24,676 bases of DNA, taken from positions 1-24,676 of IMG/VR virus record IMGVR_UViG_3300042934_001184, one strand, 5' to 3'. This document shows, piece after piece, positions 16,633 to 24,255 of this stretch. The notes beneath the pieces are model-generated. The model saw nothing but the letters and a program-made list of their open reading frames with translations, had not been told where the DNA came from and ran no database searches. How positions within the stretch are numbered: the first letter of the stretch is position 1; the number at the start of each line of letters is the position of its first letter. Origin of the DNA: a virus (lineage: Duplodnaviria > Caudoviricetes). Position numbers and translations under genes: made by a program.

Positions 16633-19127
16633 GTCCCATACACCCCCTGGGCGCTGCTGACAATCTGCTCCGTAAGCACCTGCTCGATGCGGGCCACAAT
16701 GGTGTTAATGTCGGACTCCTGGCGCACATCCCCCGTCTGAACATTCACACTGGGCGTCATCTGCACAAAGTTCTGGATATTCTTCATCTCCGCCAGCTCC
16801 CGCATGGTCGCCAGATCCTCGCCACTGACCTCGACGGTGTCCTTAACAGCCCCGACCTCCTCCACCTTCTTGATGTTATCAATGGGAGGAATAGCACCAT
16901 CATACTTGGTATCGAGGCTGAAGGGGTTTTTCATGGAGCTCAATCCGTCCATAAGCTTTTCGCCTTTATTGAAACCATTGTCGAATGCGTCACCGAGATT
17001 TTCAAACTGCATTTTTTCGTTCGAGAGATCAACTACATCCTTGGTGGATGTGGGCTTTAATTGTTCCAGCCACTTGTCTACTTCCACTTCAGGTATTAAT
17101 GGGACCTTAATTCCAATTTTTTCTGCCGCTTTAAGTAATACATTTAATTTATCTACTATCCCATTAATCACACTTCCAAAAAAACCAGCAACATTCTGAG
17201 CCAAATCGTACAGCAGTTTTTTAATTGCATAAGATGGATCTTTAAAAACATTTATAAGGAACTCTTTGAGAGAAATAAGGATGTTCCAAAAATAAGCAAT
17301 GCTGTTTTTTATATAAGCAAAGAATGTATAAAATACACCAGTAATAAATCCAACAATTTGGCCTGCAGACACGCCTAATTTCTGAAGTATAAATAATAAA
17401 AGAGCTATTGCGCCAATAATTAAAAAAATCGGCAAATTGGCCATGAACCATGCCCCAACTTGGGTTAATATTGGCGGAATCATTGCGAATAAAGGAGGCA
17501 GTACGTTCCATAAAGCAACCACTAGCCCACTGGCAATTAAGCCCGCTATAAGAGGAAGATTAGCACCCAAAAAGCCAAGTACCCCCATAAATCCCTCTGC
17601 CAACCAAGATATCAAAGTAACAATGACATAAAGTCCTTTACCGAAGAACGTAAAGAAAGGAGTAAATTTTCCGGAATCAAACGCCTCTGTAATCATGGTA
17701 ATCAAGGGACCAAATGCCTCGAGTCCCATCTGACCAACCAAGCCCAAATTAAATTTGAAGCTGTCAACAGCCTTTCCCCACTGGGCCGCAGGAGATTTCA
17801 TCATCCCTTCAAAAGCCTGCTCCGTCATATTCCGCTTATTTAGCAGCTCGTCCATACCCTTAATGAACCCGTTGATGTCCCCAGCCTTACCTGCTTTAAG
17901 AGCCGCGCTCGCTTCCACAGAGGATTCACCCATGCCGAAATCATCCACCATCGAGGAGGACTCTCCTTTAAAAAGATCCATCATGGAAGAAGCTGCACCT
18001 TCCAAGCCTTTTTCAGGATTCATTTGTGCTAACCGCATAGCCAGTTTATTCATTTCAGTAATCTTGTTTGGGTCCATCGTGGTATTGGTGAAAGATAAGG
18101 CACTGGATAAAGCATCATCCGGATTTTGCCCAAATTGCAAAGCTTGTTTGGCAACCTGATCGTAAATAGCGCCGCCCAGTTGAGCATTGCCGGCACGGGC
18201 AATAAAAGCACCCTTAGTTTGCTGCTGCTTCATTCCGGCACCCATGGTAGAGGAGATAACGGACTTAGCATTATCCGTATTCATGAATCCAGGCATTTTA
18301 AGTTGGTTTGTGCTGTTCTTTTTCCAAGAATCCTTAATACTATTTTTGAAGTTTTTAGGACTTAACTTGCTAAATGTACTTTTCATTGTTCCCATAATCT
18401 TAGATGATACTGTATCAAATACACCCTTGAAATTTAGCTTGTCAAAAGTTTTTTTCAAAAAGCCGAAAATCTTGGACTGCAAATCAGTAGTTTTTGGTGC
18501 CTCCAGCAATAATTGTACTTCTGGACCTTCTAGCAGCAGTGGTTTCGGTGGCGCCTCAAGAAGCAATTGTGTTTCCACTACCTCATGAACAATCACCCGG
18601 GAGTATACATCTTGCTGGTTTTCTTGACCAAAGCGCCTTAACCAAGATATCTCATCAATGATTACAAACTGTACGAACACAAACAGTATATTATTTGGCC
18701 ACAATACTTTTGGAACAGACGGGATAACCAGTCTACAAATTACATCAAGACTTAAATTCATTAGAAGACTTAAATCAGCCTGTAGACTTATAATCACTTC
18801 TGGTACCTTAATTTTTTTAAAATCTCCTGCCATCTTAAGCTTTAAAAGTTTATCCGGCACTTCTAACTTCGTCATTTCCCCAGTTGTTTTAACCTTCAGC
18901 AATTCTTCGGGCACTTTAAGTTCGGTTATTTCGCCAGACATTTTAACCTTCAAAAATCCATCCGGCACCTTCAGCTCAGTCAACTGTCCGGTTAGTTTAA
19001 GCTTCGATAACCGGTTCATTGCTTTGGCCACTTGATCAAACCGCTTGGTCAGCTTCTCAAACATCTTTACTGCCGAGGCTGTGGTATTCAGGACATTCAC
19101 CGCCTTTCTGTACAAAATCAAAGACAC
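16629..19127 (-). CDS. Tape measure protein (XkdO-like), up to 832 aa; start uncertain (GTG 19127 or CTG 19091)
   Basis: Longest tail ORF, lying between the chaperones and xkdP; helical with several hydrophobic segments; C-terminal EDLATMRELAE...NFVQMTPSV. Confidence 0.88.
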   Translation of the reverse strand: MSLILYRKAVNVLNTTASAVKMFEKLTKRFDQVAKAMNRLSKLKLTGQLTELKVPDGFLKVKMSGEITELKVPEELLKVKTTGEMTKLEVPDKLLKLKMAGDFKKIKVPEVIISLQADLSLLMNLSLDVICRLVIPSVPKVLWPNNILFVFVQFVIIDEISWLRRFGQENQQDVYSRVIVHEVVETQLLLEAPPKPLLLEGPEVQLLLEAPKTTDLQSKIFGFLKKTFDKLNFKGVFDTVSSKIMGTMKSTFSKLSPKNFKNSIKDSWKKNSTNQLKMPGFMNTDNAKSVISSTMGAGMKQQQTKGAFIARAGNAQLGGAIYDQVAKQALQFGQNPDDALSSALSFTNTTMDPNKITEMNKLAMRLAQMNPEKGLEGAASSMMDLFKGESSSMVDDFGMGESSVEASAALKAGKAGDINGFIKGMDELLNKRNMTEQAFEGMMKSPAAQWGKAVDSFKFNLGLVGQMGLEAFGPLITMITEAFDSGKFTPFFTFFGKGLYVIVTLISWLAEGFMGVLGFLGANLPLIAGLIASGLVVALWNVLPPLFAMIPPILTQVGAWFMANLPIFLIIGAIALLLFILQKLGVSAGQIVGFITGVFYTFFAYIKNSIAYFWNILISLKEFLINVFKDPSYAIKKLLYDLAQNVAGFFGSVINGIVDKLNVLLKAAEKIGIKVPLIPEVEVDKWLEQLKPTSTKDVVDLSNEKMQFENLGDAFDNGFNKGEKLMDGLSSMKNPFSLDTKYDGAIPPIDNIKKVEEVGAVKDTVEVSGEDLATMRELAEMKNIQNFVQMTPSVNVQTGDVRQESDINTIVARIEQVLTEQIVSSAQGVYGT

Positions 19128-19149
19128 TCCCCTCTCGAGAGTGTCTTTG
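19119..19149 (-). terminator. 11-bp perfect inverted repeat / terminator-like hairpin upstream of the tape measure gene
   Basis: CAAAGACACTC-9 nt-GAGTGTCTTTG, followed on the minus strand by ATTTTGT. Confidence 0.55.
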
Positions 19150-19151
19150 GG

Positions 19152-19330
19152 TCACTTCTTCTTCATCCGTGCGGCTTCCTTCTTCTCCTGCTTGACGCGG
19201 ATGTCGATCATGGCGTAGATGGCCGCCCGCTCCCGCCGGGACATGGCGATGAGCTCATGGGGCAGGATGCGGAGCTTATGGAGGGCATAGTAGGCGTAAT
19301 TGGTTTCGCCGTCGCCCTCCTCAATCAGTT
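19152..19330 (-). CDS. C-terminal extension of the tail assembly chaperone, reached by -1 frameshift (lambda gpGT-like)
   Basis: -1 frame reads KLIEEGDGETNYAYYALHKLRILPHELIAMSRRERAAIYAMIDIRVKQEKKEAARMKKK*; slippery heptamer A AAA AAC at 19328-19334. Confidence 0.8.
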
Positions 19331-19747
19331 TTTTACTTCATCCACCAGCTCGTTCATGTCAGCGTCGAAGCCATTGAGCTCCTGGACCTTCTGCACCAAA
19401 TTGGCGTATTCGCCGGGAAGCAGCATCTTGTGCAGCAGGGCTTCCGCACCCATCACTCCATAGGATTTCTGGAGCTCGGCATTCTTCAAATCCGGGAAGG
19501 TGACACTGGCGGTAACCAGCTTGGCCAGATATTCGGCGGAGTCCGTCTCCATGGAATATTGGCCGTTTCTCCCTTTTACCCGGCGGGTGGCAGCCTTCCG
19601 GATGGATTCATTCTCCTCCTCCGTCATGCTGCTGACCACCCACGGAATCGGCTTGCCGCCTTTGTTCAGAAACCGGGGAGATACCACGATCTCCTCCGTC
19701 ACGGAAGCGGTCACGTTCTGGGCGTAAAATGCGCTCAAATCACTCAT
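19325..19747 (-). CDS. xkdN: Tail assembly chaperone XkdN-like
   Basis: VSPRF, FPDLKNAELQKSYGVMGAEALLHKMLLPGEY, ends VDEVKN*; lies between tube and tape measure. Confidence 0.9.
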   Translation of the reverse strand: MSDLSAFYAQNVTASVTEEIVVSPRFLNKGGKPIPWVVSSMTEEENESIRKAATRRVKGRNGQYSMETDSAEYLAKLVTASVTFPDLKNAELQKSYGVMGAEALLHKMLLPGEYANLVQKVQELNGFDADMNELVDEVKN

Positions 19748-19761
19748 GTGTAAAAGCCTCC

Positions 19762-20232
19762 TTAATTCCCGCCTGTGATGGACTTAAATTCTTCCTGGAC
19801 TTCATAATCATTGAAGGTAAAGGGCAATTCCTCTTCCATCATATCGTCGCTGCCCGCATCGAATTGGGCGGCGCTTACGCTGTCCAGGTTGCAGCCCTTC
19901 AGGACCGTGGTTTGGCTGCCGGCGTTGGAATCGGGCTGCTCGTTAACGACCATCAGGTCAAACCAGAAGTCCTTACCGGTCTTCACATATTCCCGCATGA
20001 GCTGGCGGAATCTGCTGGTCACATAGTAGACAGTGAGGGTGCCGGAGCCGGACCAGCCGGCGGAGCGTTTGGGGGTATTGGTTTTTCCCAGAACAGGCAC
20101 ATCCACCTTGTTCTTTTCAATAGTAGCCTCCAGGGTTTTGGCGTAAAACAACTCCTCCCGCAAACCGTCAATGGTGATGTAGGCTTTTGCTTGTTTGCCG
20201 CTGATGGCATCAGTTTCTTTAAAATAAGCCAT
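19762..20232 (-). CDS. xkdM: Tail tube protein XkdM
   Basis: DAISGKQAKAYITIDG...LEATIEKNK.DVPVLGK...GWSGSGTLTVYYVTS.FR...EEELPFTF.DY. Confidence 0.93.
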   Translation of the reverse strand: MAYFKETDAISGKQAKAYITIDGLREELFYAKTLEATIEKNKVDVPVLGKTNTPKRSAGWSGSGTLTVYYVTSRFRQLMREYVKTGKDFWFDLMVVNEQPDSNAGSQTTVLKGCNLDSVSAAQFDAGSDDMMEEELPFTFNDYEVQEEFKSITGGN

Positions 20233-20252
20233 ATTGTCTCATTCCTTTCGAA

Positions 20253-21569
20253 TTAGGATACGGTAATGGTGAGGTAAAGCTTTTCCATGCTATCCACCGG
20301 CTGCACGTACAGCTCGGATACTACAGCGTCCAGATCAGCGCCTGCGCTGATGGTCAGATCCGTTTGGGCATCGAAGTTTTGGATGGCTTCAATGCCTTGC
20401 AGAGTCTCCAGGTAGGTGGAGTATTCATTTTTCAGTGAATTGCGGCCATCGGCATTGTTGCTGATCTTCCCTGTGTAAAAGTCGGCGAAAATCTGCCGGA
20501 AGTCATTGTTAATGCCGTCCAGCACACGGAGCACCCGGTTTTTGGCGAAGGCCTTGCCCTTGGTAGGACTGAAGGAGTGTAGGGTATTGATGTCCTGCTC
20601 CACCACAGCCTTGCCGCCGGAGCCGGTGAACAGCAGCTCGCCCGCTTGAAGGGATGCAATAATCTGGCTGTTGGTGTACTTGGGAGCAACATCCACAGCA
20701 TCATCATAAGCAGCATAGGTCAGGGATTCGTTCATTTGCGCCCCTGCTGTTGCACCGGCTACCCAGGCTACGGCCTGTCCAGCTGTCAACACAGTGCCGT
20801 CTGTAAGCACAACACCATTTTTAACGGAAATGACACCTTCATAATCTGCAGCGGGGTAGTTCTCTACAACCAACTGGATCTTCTTGCCTTCGTCCTCACG
20901 CAGACGTTTGGTAAAGGAGACGAATACCGCCTTGGTAGCTGCATCTGTTGCCGGCAGGCCAATGGTATTCACCTCCAGCACCTCGATGGCGCTGAGATAG
21001 TCCAGATATTCCTGGGCAGTAACGGAGCCGTTGGCGCCGCCAACCAGAGGAGCGCCGGCAGTAGCCGCCAATGCGCCGGTGCCTGTCCAGACCACCCAAT
21101 CGTTGGCCTTCAGCGCGCCGATATTGGCTACGGTCTGCTTGTCCATTTCCACTCCTGCCAACAGTGTGGTGACATCAAACAGGGTGGCATTGTCCACATT
21201 GACCGCAATGCGTACGGTAAGATCATTGCCCCGGACACCGCCATATTGGGCAGTGGCGGTCATATTCCCGCTCACTACGGACGCTTTGGTTCCGGTATTA
21301 AGACGGTACAGCAGCAGGGTTTTGGCCCGCTTCAGGGTTTCCCGCACCAGCAGCAAGGCAGGGTCCGAGATGGGGTAGCCCAGCTTGACGCTGACATCCT
21401 CACCGGCTTCCACGGTCACAACCTGCTTGGCCGGACCCCAAGGCAGGGTCAAAGGCAAGCTGACAATGCCGCGGTCTCCGGCAGCCCCAAGTGCCTGGGC
21501 CGCGCTTTTGATATTGATATAGGCGCCTGGGCGCACCTTATTTTGAGTTGTCCATGTTCCTCCAGCCAT
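20253..21569 (-). CDS. xkdK: Contractile tail sheath protein XkdK
   Basis: MAGGTWTTQNKVRPGAYIN start, LLLYRLN, ADYEGVISVKNGV, KNRVLRVLD and QPVDSMEKLY motifs. Confidence 0.95.
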   Translation of the reverse strand: MAGGTWTTQNKVRPGAYINIKSAAQALGAAGDRGIVSLPLTLPWGPAKQVVTVEAGEDVSVKLGYPISDPALLLVRETLKRAKTLLLYRLNTGTKASVVSGNMTATAQYGGVRGNDLTVRIAVNVDNATLFDVTTLLAGVEMDKQTVANIGALKANDWVVWTGTGALAATAGAPLVGGANGSVTAQEYLDYLSAIEVLEVNTIGLPATDAATKAVFVSFTKRLREDEGKKIQLVVENYPAADYEGVISVKNGVVLTDGTVLTAGQAVAWVAGATAGAQMNESLTYAAYDDAVDVAPKYTNSQIIASLQAGELLFTGSGGKAVVEQDINTLHSFSPTKGKAFAKNRVLRVLDGINNDFRQIFADFYTGKISNNADGRNSLKNEYSTYLETLQGIEAIQNFDAQTDLTISAGADLDAVVSELYVQPVDSMEKLYLTITVS

Positions 21570-21755
21570 CTATTCCACTCTCCTCTTCACGTATTCCTCG
21601 ATTTCGCTCTTGGCCTGTGCCAGCGTATATTCCTGTCCTTCGGCCAGAAGGGCCTGCAGCACATCCTTCTCCAAGGCAGTGAAGCCCTTGGACGACAGAA
21701 TCTGCTCCTTACCGAACGTCAGCACCTCGCCGGATGTTTTCGCTTCCTTGCTCAT
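21570..21755 (-). CDS. Small conserved protein upstream of the sheath gene
   Basis: FGKEQILSSK...KDVLQALL.EGQEYT; GGAGG RBS; coupled to both neighbouring genes. Confidence 0.75.
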   Translation of the reverse strand: MSKEAKTSGEVLTFGKEQILSSKGFTALEKDVLQALLAEGQEYTLAQAKSEIEEYVKRRVE

Positions 21756-22177
21756 TTGATTCCCTCCATATGGTCCAACTGCTGCATAGCCGGATCCTCC
21801 GGCGCTTGCAGCGCGGCCACGAATTGGTACGTCACAGAAAACAGCAGCACGTCTTCCGCAATTTCAAAACGCATGTCCCGTCCCGCCAACGGTCTTCCGG
21901 ACAAGCTTATCTGGTGCAGCACCGCTGCCAGCTGCTCGGCCATGGCGTACATATCTCCGTTTGGTTGGCTGCCGCTTGGTTTGTACCGGACGGCCACGGA
22001 ATTTTCGCGCCGGAACCTTCGTCCCATTTCCTGGGTATGGGTCCCCTCCGGCAAGCGGACATACAAGTACGGTGAGCCCAGCGTCTCTTCCGGCTCCTCC
22101 CCGTATACCGGCATGTCCGGGAATACGGCTTGGAAGGTTTCCATCACTGCGTTGCGCACATCCAAAAATGTACCCAT
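21752..22177 (-). CDS. Tail terminator/completion protein
   Basis: FPDMPVYGEE...PYLYVRL...VRY...MAEQL...VLLFSVTY pattern; position before the sheath; start set at ATG 22177. Confidence 0.75.
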   Translation of the reverse strand: MGTFLDVRNAVMETFQAVFPDMPVYGEEPEETLGSPYLYVRLPEGTHTQEMGRRFRRENSVAVRYKPSGSQPNGDMYAMAEQLAAVLHQISLSGRPLAGRDMRFEIAEDVLLFSVTYQFVAALQAPEDPAMQQLDHMEGIK

Positions 22178-22535
22178 CCTTATCACTTCCCGCGATTTGG
22201 TTCAAGCTGTACCCAGCGCCAGGGGCGGGAGAGGCTCCCGCTTCCTGTCCGCCGGTCCGCAGCAGGAGGCGGTTGTCCGCTTCCAGCGTCTCAAGCTTCT
22301 GCCGCAGCATTTGATTGTCCGTATGCAGCACTTCAAGCTGTTGCATCAGCGCATTCTGGTTCCTGGAAGCATTGTCCAGACCAGTTTTCAGTTGTTTTTT
22401 CGCTTGCGCCAGCTTGTTGTACTGCATCTTCGGCACAAAATACTGCGGCAGCTCCTTGCCCGCCTTGACGGCAACCACATCCGCCTGGGCATCATTCACG
22501 CCCTCTTCTTGCAATAATGTTCGAAGCCATTTCAT
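21864..22535 (-). pseudogene. Truncated capsid scaffolding (GP20-like) gene; reading frame runs on into the tail terminator gene
   Basis: N-terminal MKWLRTLL...KELPQYFVPKMQYNKLAQAKKQL resembles Firmicute phage scaffold N-termini. After ~90 aa it becomes low-complexity and overlaps the next gene out of frame by >300 nt. Confidence 0.55.
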
Positions 22536-22693
22536 ACCTGCTTCAGCCTCCATAGATGGTTATAGCTGCTCTCCAGCTGCGGGAGCGGGCCGTGATGCTC
22601 CGGCCAACGAGCGTTGAGCTTCGGGGTTTTTTGCTTTACCCCAGAAGATGTTTGCCAATTTCATTCATATCTTGTAATCTTTGGCATGATACT

Positions 22694-22702
22694 ACTATAA
22701 CA
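22694..22702 (-). promoter_or_regulatory. Putative activator-dependent late promoter (extended -10)
   Basis: TGtTATAGT lies ~20 nt after the activator stop, with no recognisable -35. This is the usual position of RinA/ArpU-activated late promoters. Confidence 0.5.
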
Positions 22703-22721
22703 CCGATTTTTTTCCCGCGGA

Positions 22722-23111
22722 CTACAACATGCATTTATGCTGTGCCACCTCGTACAAAAAACGTCTGCGCCACCGCCGGTAGGTTTCCGGGCTGGCATCC
22801 ATGGGACAGGTCTCATCCATGGTGATGGCCATTACTCCCTTCCGGTACTCCAGCGGAATGGCAGCCAACGCCTGCTCGATGGCATCGCAGCGCTGCTGCA
22901 GCGCTTCCCGGCGGATGGCTTTGTTTACCGTCGAGTCGCTGATTCCCGAACCACGGGGCATGCCGTCCGGCGCTCCGGGAGAAGAGTGGAGAATATCCCT
23001 CATCTCCTCCTTCAGCCGGCCATAGTCACGCACCGCATACAAGCACTGCATATATACATTATGGGGGAGCTGGTAGGGGTTCTTTTTCTTGGGCTGGTAG
23101 TTCCGCATCAT
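22722..23111 (-). CDS. ArpU/RinA-like late-gene transcriptional activator
   Basis: RDY.RLKEE..DILHSS...GSGISDST..KA...AIEQAL..IP.EYR...S..TYRRWRRRFLYEVA; AAGGAG RBS; position before the structural operon. Confidence 0.75.
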   Translation of the reverse strand: MMRNYQPKKKNPYQLPHNVYMQCLYAVRDYGRLKEEMRDILHSSPGAPDGMPRGSGISDSTVNKAIRREALQQRCDAIEQALAAIPLEYRKGVMAITMDETCPMDASPETYRRWRRRFLYEVAQHKCML

Positions 23112-23244
23112 GGATCTCTCCTTTATTTAGATCTTCAACTATTACACCGAGGTTTCATATATGAAACCTTAATGAGAAAAAAATACGCCTCTTCAGGCGA
23201 TTGCTTCTTGCTCCATAAAGTTTCTTTTTAGAAACCATACCTTT

Positions 23245-23273
23245 ATTTTACGCCTAGAAGGTTTCTTTGTCAA
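23245..23273 (-). promoter_or_regulatory. Sigma-A promoter driving the activator gene
   Basis: TTGACA (23273-23268) - 17 nt - TAAAAT (23250-23245). Confidence 0.8.
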
Positions 23274-23293
23274 TAACTTTTCAGCGCCGAATG

Positions 23294-23322
23294 TTGCTAA
23301 TTTGAAACCTATGCTGTATAGT
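23294..23322 (+). promoter_or_regulatory. Sigma-A promoter driving the repressor/peptidase pair
   Basis: TTGCTA (23294-23299) - 17 nt - TATAGT (23317-23322). Confidence 0.65.
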
Positions 23323-23396
23323 TTTTATATAGAAGCCAATGTGTCCGCTACCCGCGGCGCTAGAGCCAGAGGATGAAAGAGTGAGGGATTGCCGGT

Positions 23397-23771
23397 ATGA
23401 AAACCACGGGGAAAAGCATCAGAGAGCTGCGGCTTAAGCGGGGACTTTCACAGGAGGAGCTGGCGGAAGGGCTGAATCAGCGTTTTGGCTCCAGTGTCAA
23501 TAAGGGAATGGTCTCCAAATGGGAGAATGACATCAGCGAGCCCCGTCTGGATGCCGTGCGCCAGTTATCCGAGTTTTTCCACGTGTCGCTGGATTATCTT
23601 ATTGGTTCCCTGGAACAATCCCCTGCGCCAAACCAACAGCCGGATATCTCCCAGGATCAGATCCTGACCATCGCCGCCCATCAGGTGGGTCATGAGGGGC
23701 CGCTAACCCCGGAGCAGATGGACAAAATTAAACTTGCCATGCGCATCGCACTGGCCAAGGAAGAGAAGTGA
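23397..23771 (+). CDS. Xre/CI-like (ImmR-type) HTH repressor
   Basis: IRELRLKRGLSQEELAE...VSKWENDISEP...LSEFFHVSLDYLIG; C-terminal TIAAH motif typical of repressors paired with ImmA; no S24 autopeptidase domain. Confidence 0.92.
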   Translation: MKTTGKSIRELRLKRGLSQEELAEGLNQRFGSSVNKGMVSKWENDISEPRLDAVRQLSEFFHVSLDYLIGSLEQSPAPNQQPDISQDQILTIAAHQVGHEGPLTPEQMDKIKLAMRIALAKEEK

Positions 23772-23781
23772 CGACCGATTA

Positions 23782-24255
23782 ATGGCGCCCTACGACTCTT
23801 TAAAGAAGGAATCACCCGTCTATATCGACGACCAATCCGACCTGCCCGAGGGCATTAAGGGTCTTTATATTGAAACCGGTTATACCCAGATGATCCTCCT
23901 CAACAAAGATCTGCCGGTACAAGCGGAAAAACGCTGTGTACTGGCGGAAGAGCTGGGCCATTATTACACCACCTTCGGCAACATCACTGACCAAACCGAT
24001 CTCCGGAACCGCAAGCATGAGAAGCGGGCGCGGAACTGGGCCTATGAGAAGCTGGTCCCTCTGGACAAGCTGGTGGAGGCATCCCGGCTGGGCATACGCA
24101 ACCGTTTTGAGCTGGCAGAGTATTTGGAGGTGACGGAGCCATTTCTGGAGGAGGCTCTTTTGCATTTTAAGGAAAAATATGGGTTTTACGCCACTTTCGA
24201 GAATTATCTGGTTTATTTTGAGCCATTGGGCGTGCTGGAGAGGTTTGAATTTTGA
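23782..24255 (+). CDS. ImmA/IrrE-family metallopeptidase (anti-repressor)
   Basis: KGLY...ILLN...EKRCVLAEELGHYYT..GNI...RKHEKRARNWA; start reassigned to ATG 23782. Confidence 0.9.
   Translation: MAPYDSLKKESPVYIDDQSDLPEGIKGLYIETGYTQMILLNKDLPVQAEKRCVLAEELGHYYTTFGNITDQTDLRNRKHEKRARNWAYEKLVPLDKLVEASRLGIRNRFELAEYLEVTEPFLEEALLHFKEKYGFYATFENYLVYFEPLGVLERFEF

Larger units (their letters stand above)
23150..23338. promoter_or_regulatory. Five palindromic operator sites, consensus AGGTTTC-N6-GAAACCT
   Basis: 23150 AGGTTTCATATATGAAACCT (perfect palindrome); 23218 AAGTTTCTTTTTAGAAACCA; 23259 AGGTTTCTTTGTCAATAACT (half-site); 23291 ATGTTGCTAATTTGAAACCT; 23319 TAGTTTTTATATAGAAGCCA. Confidence 0.8.
3849..24255 (-). 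mobile_element. PBSX/diffocin-like headless contractile-tail element (putative R-type tailocin; prophage-derived, probably no longer mobile)
   Basis: Regulatory, tail, baseplate, fibre and lysis modules are in PBSX xkd order. No terminase, portal, major capsid, replication or integrase gene lies between the switch (23.1-24.3 kb) and the tail genes. Confidence 0.85.

Noticed and set aside
20646-22517. 623-aa plus-strand ORF
   Set aside because: Antisense shadow of the sheath and terminator genes; no recognisable motifs or RBS.
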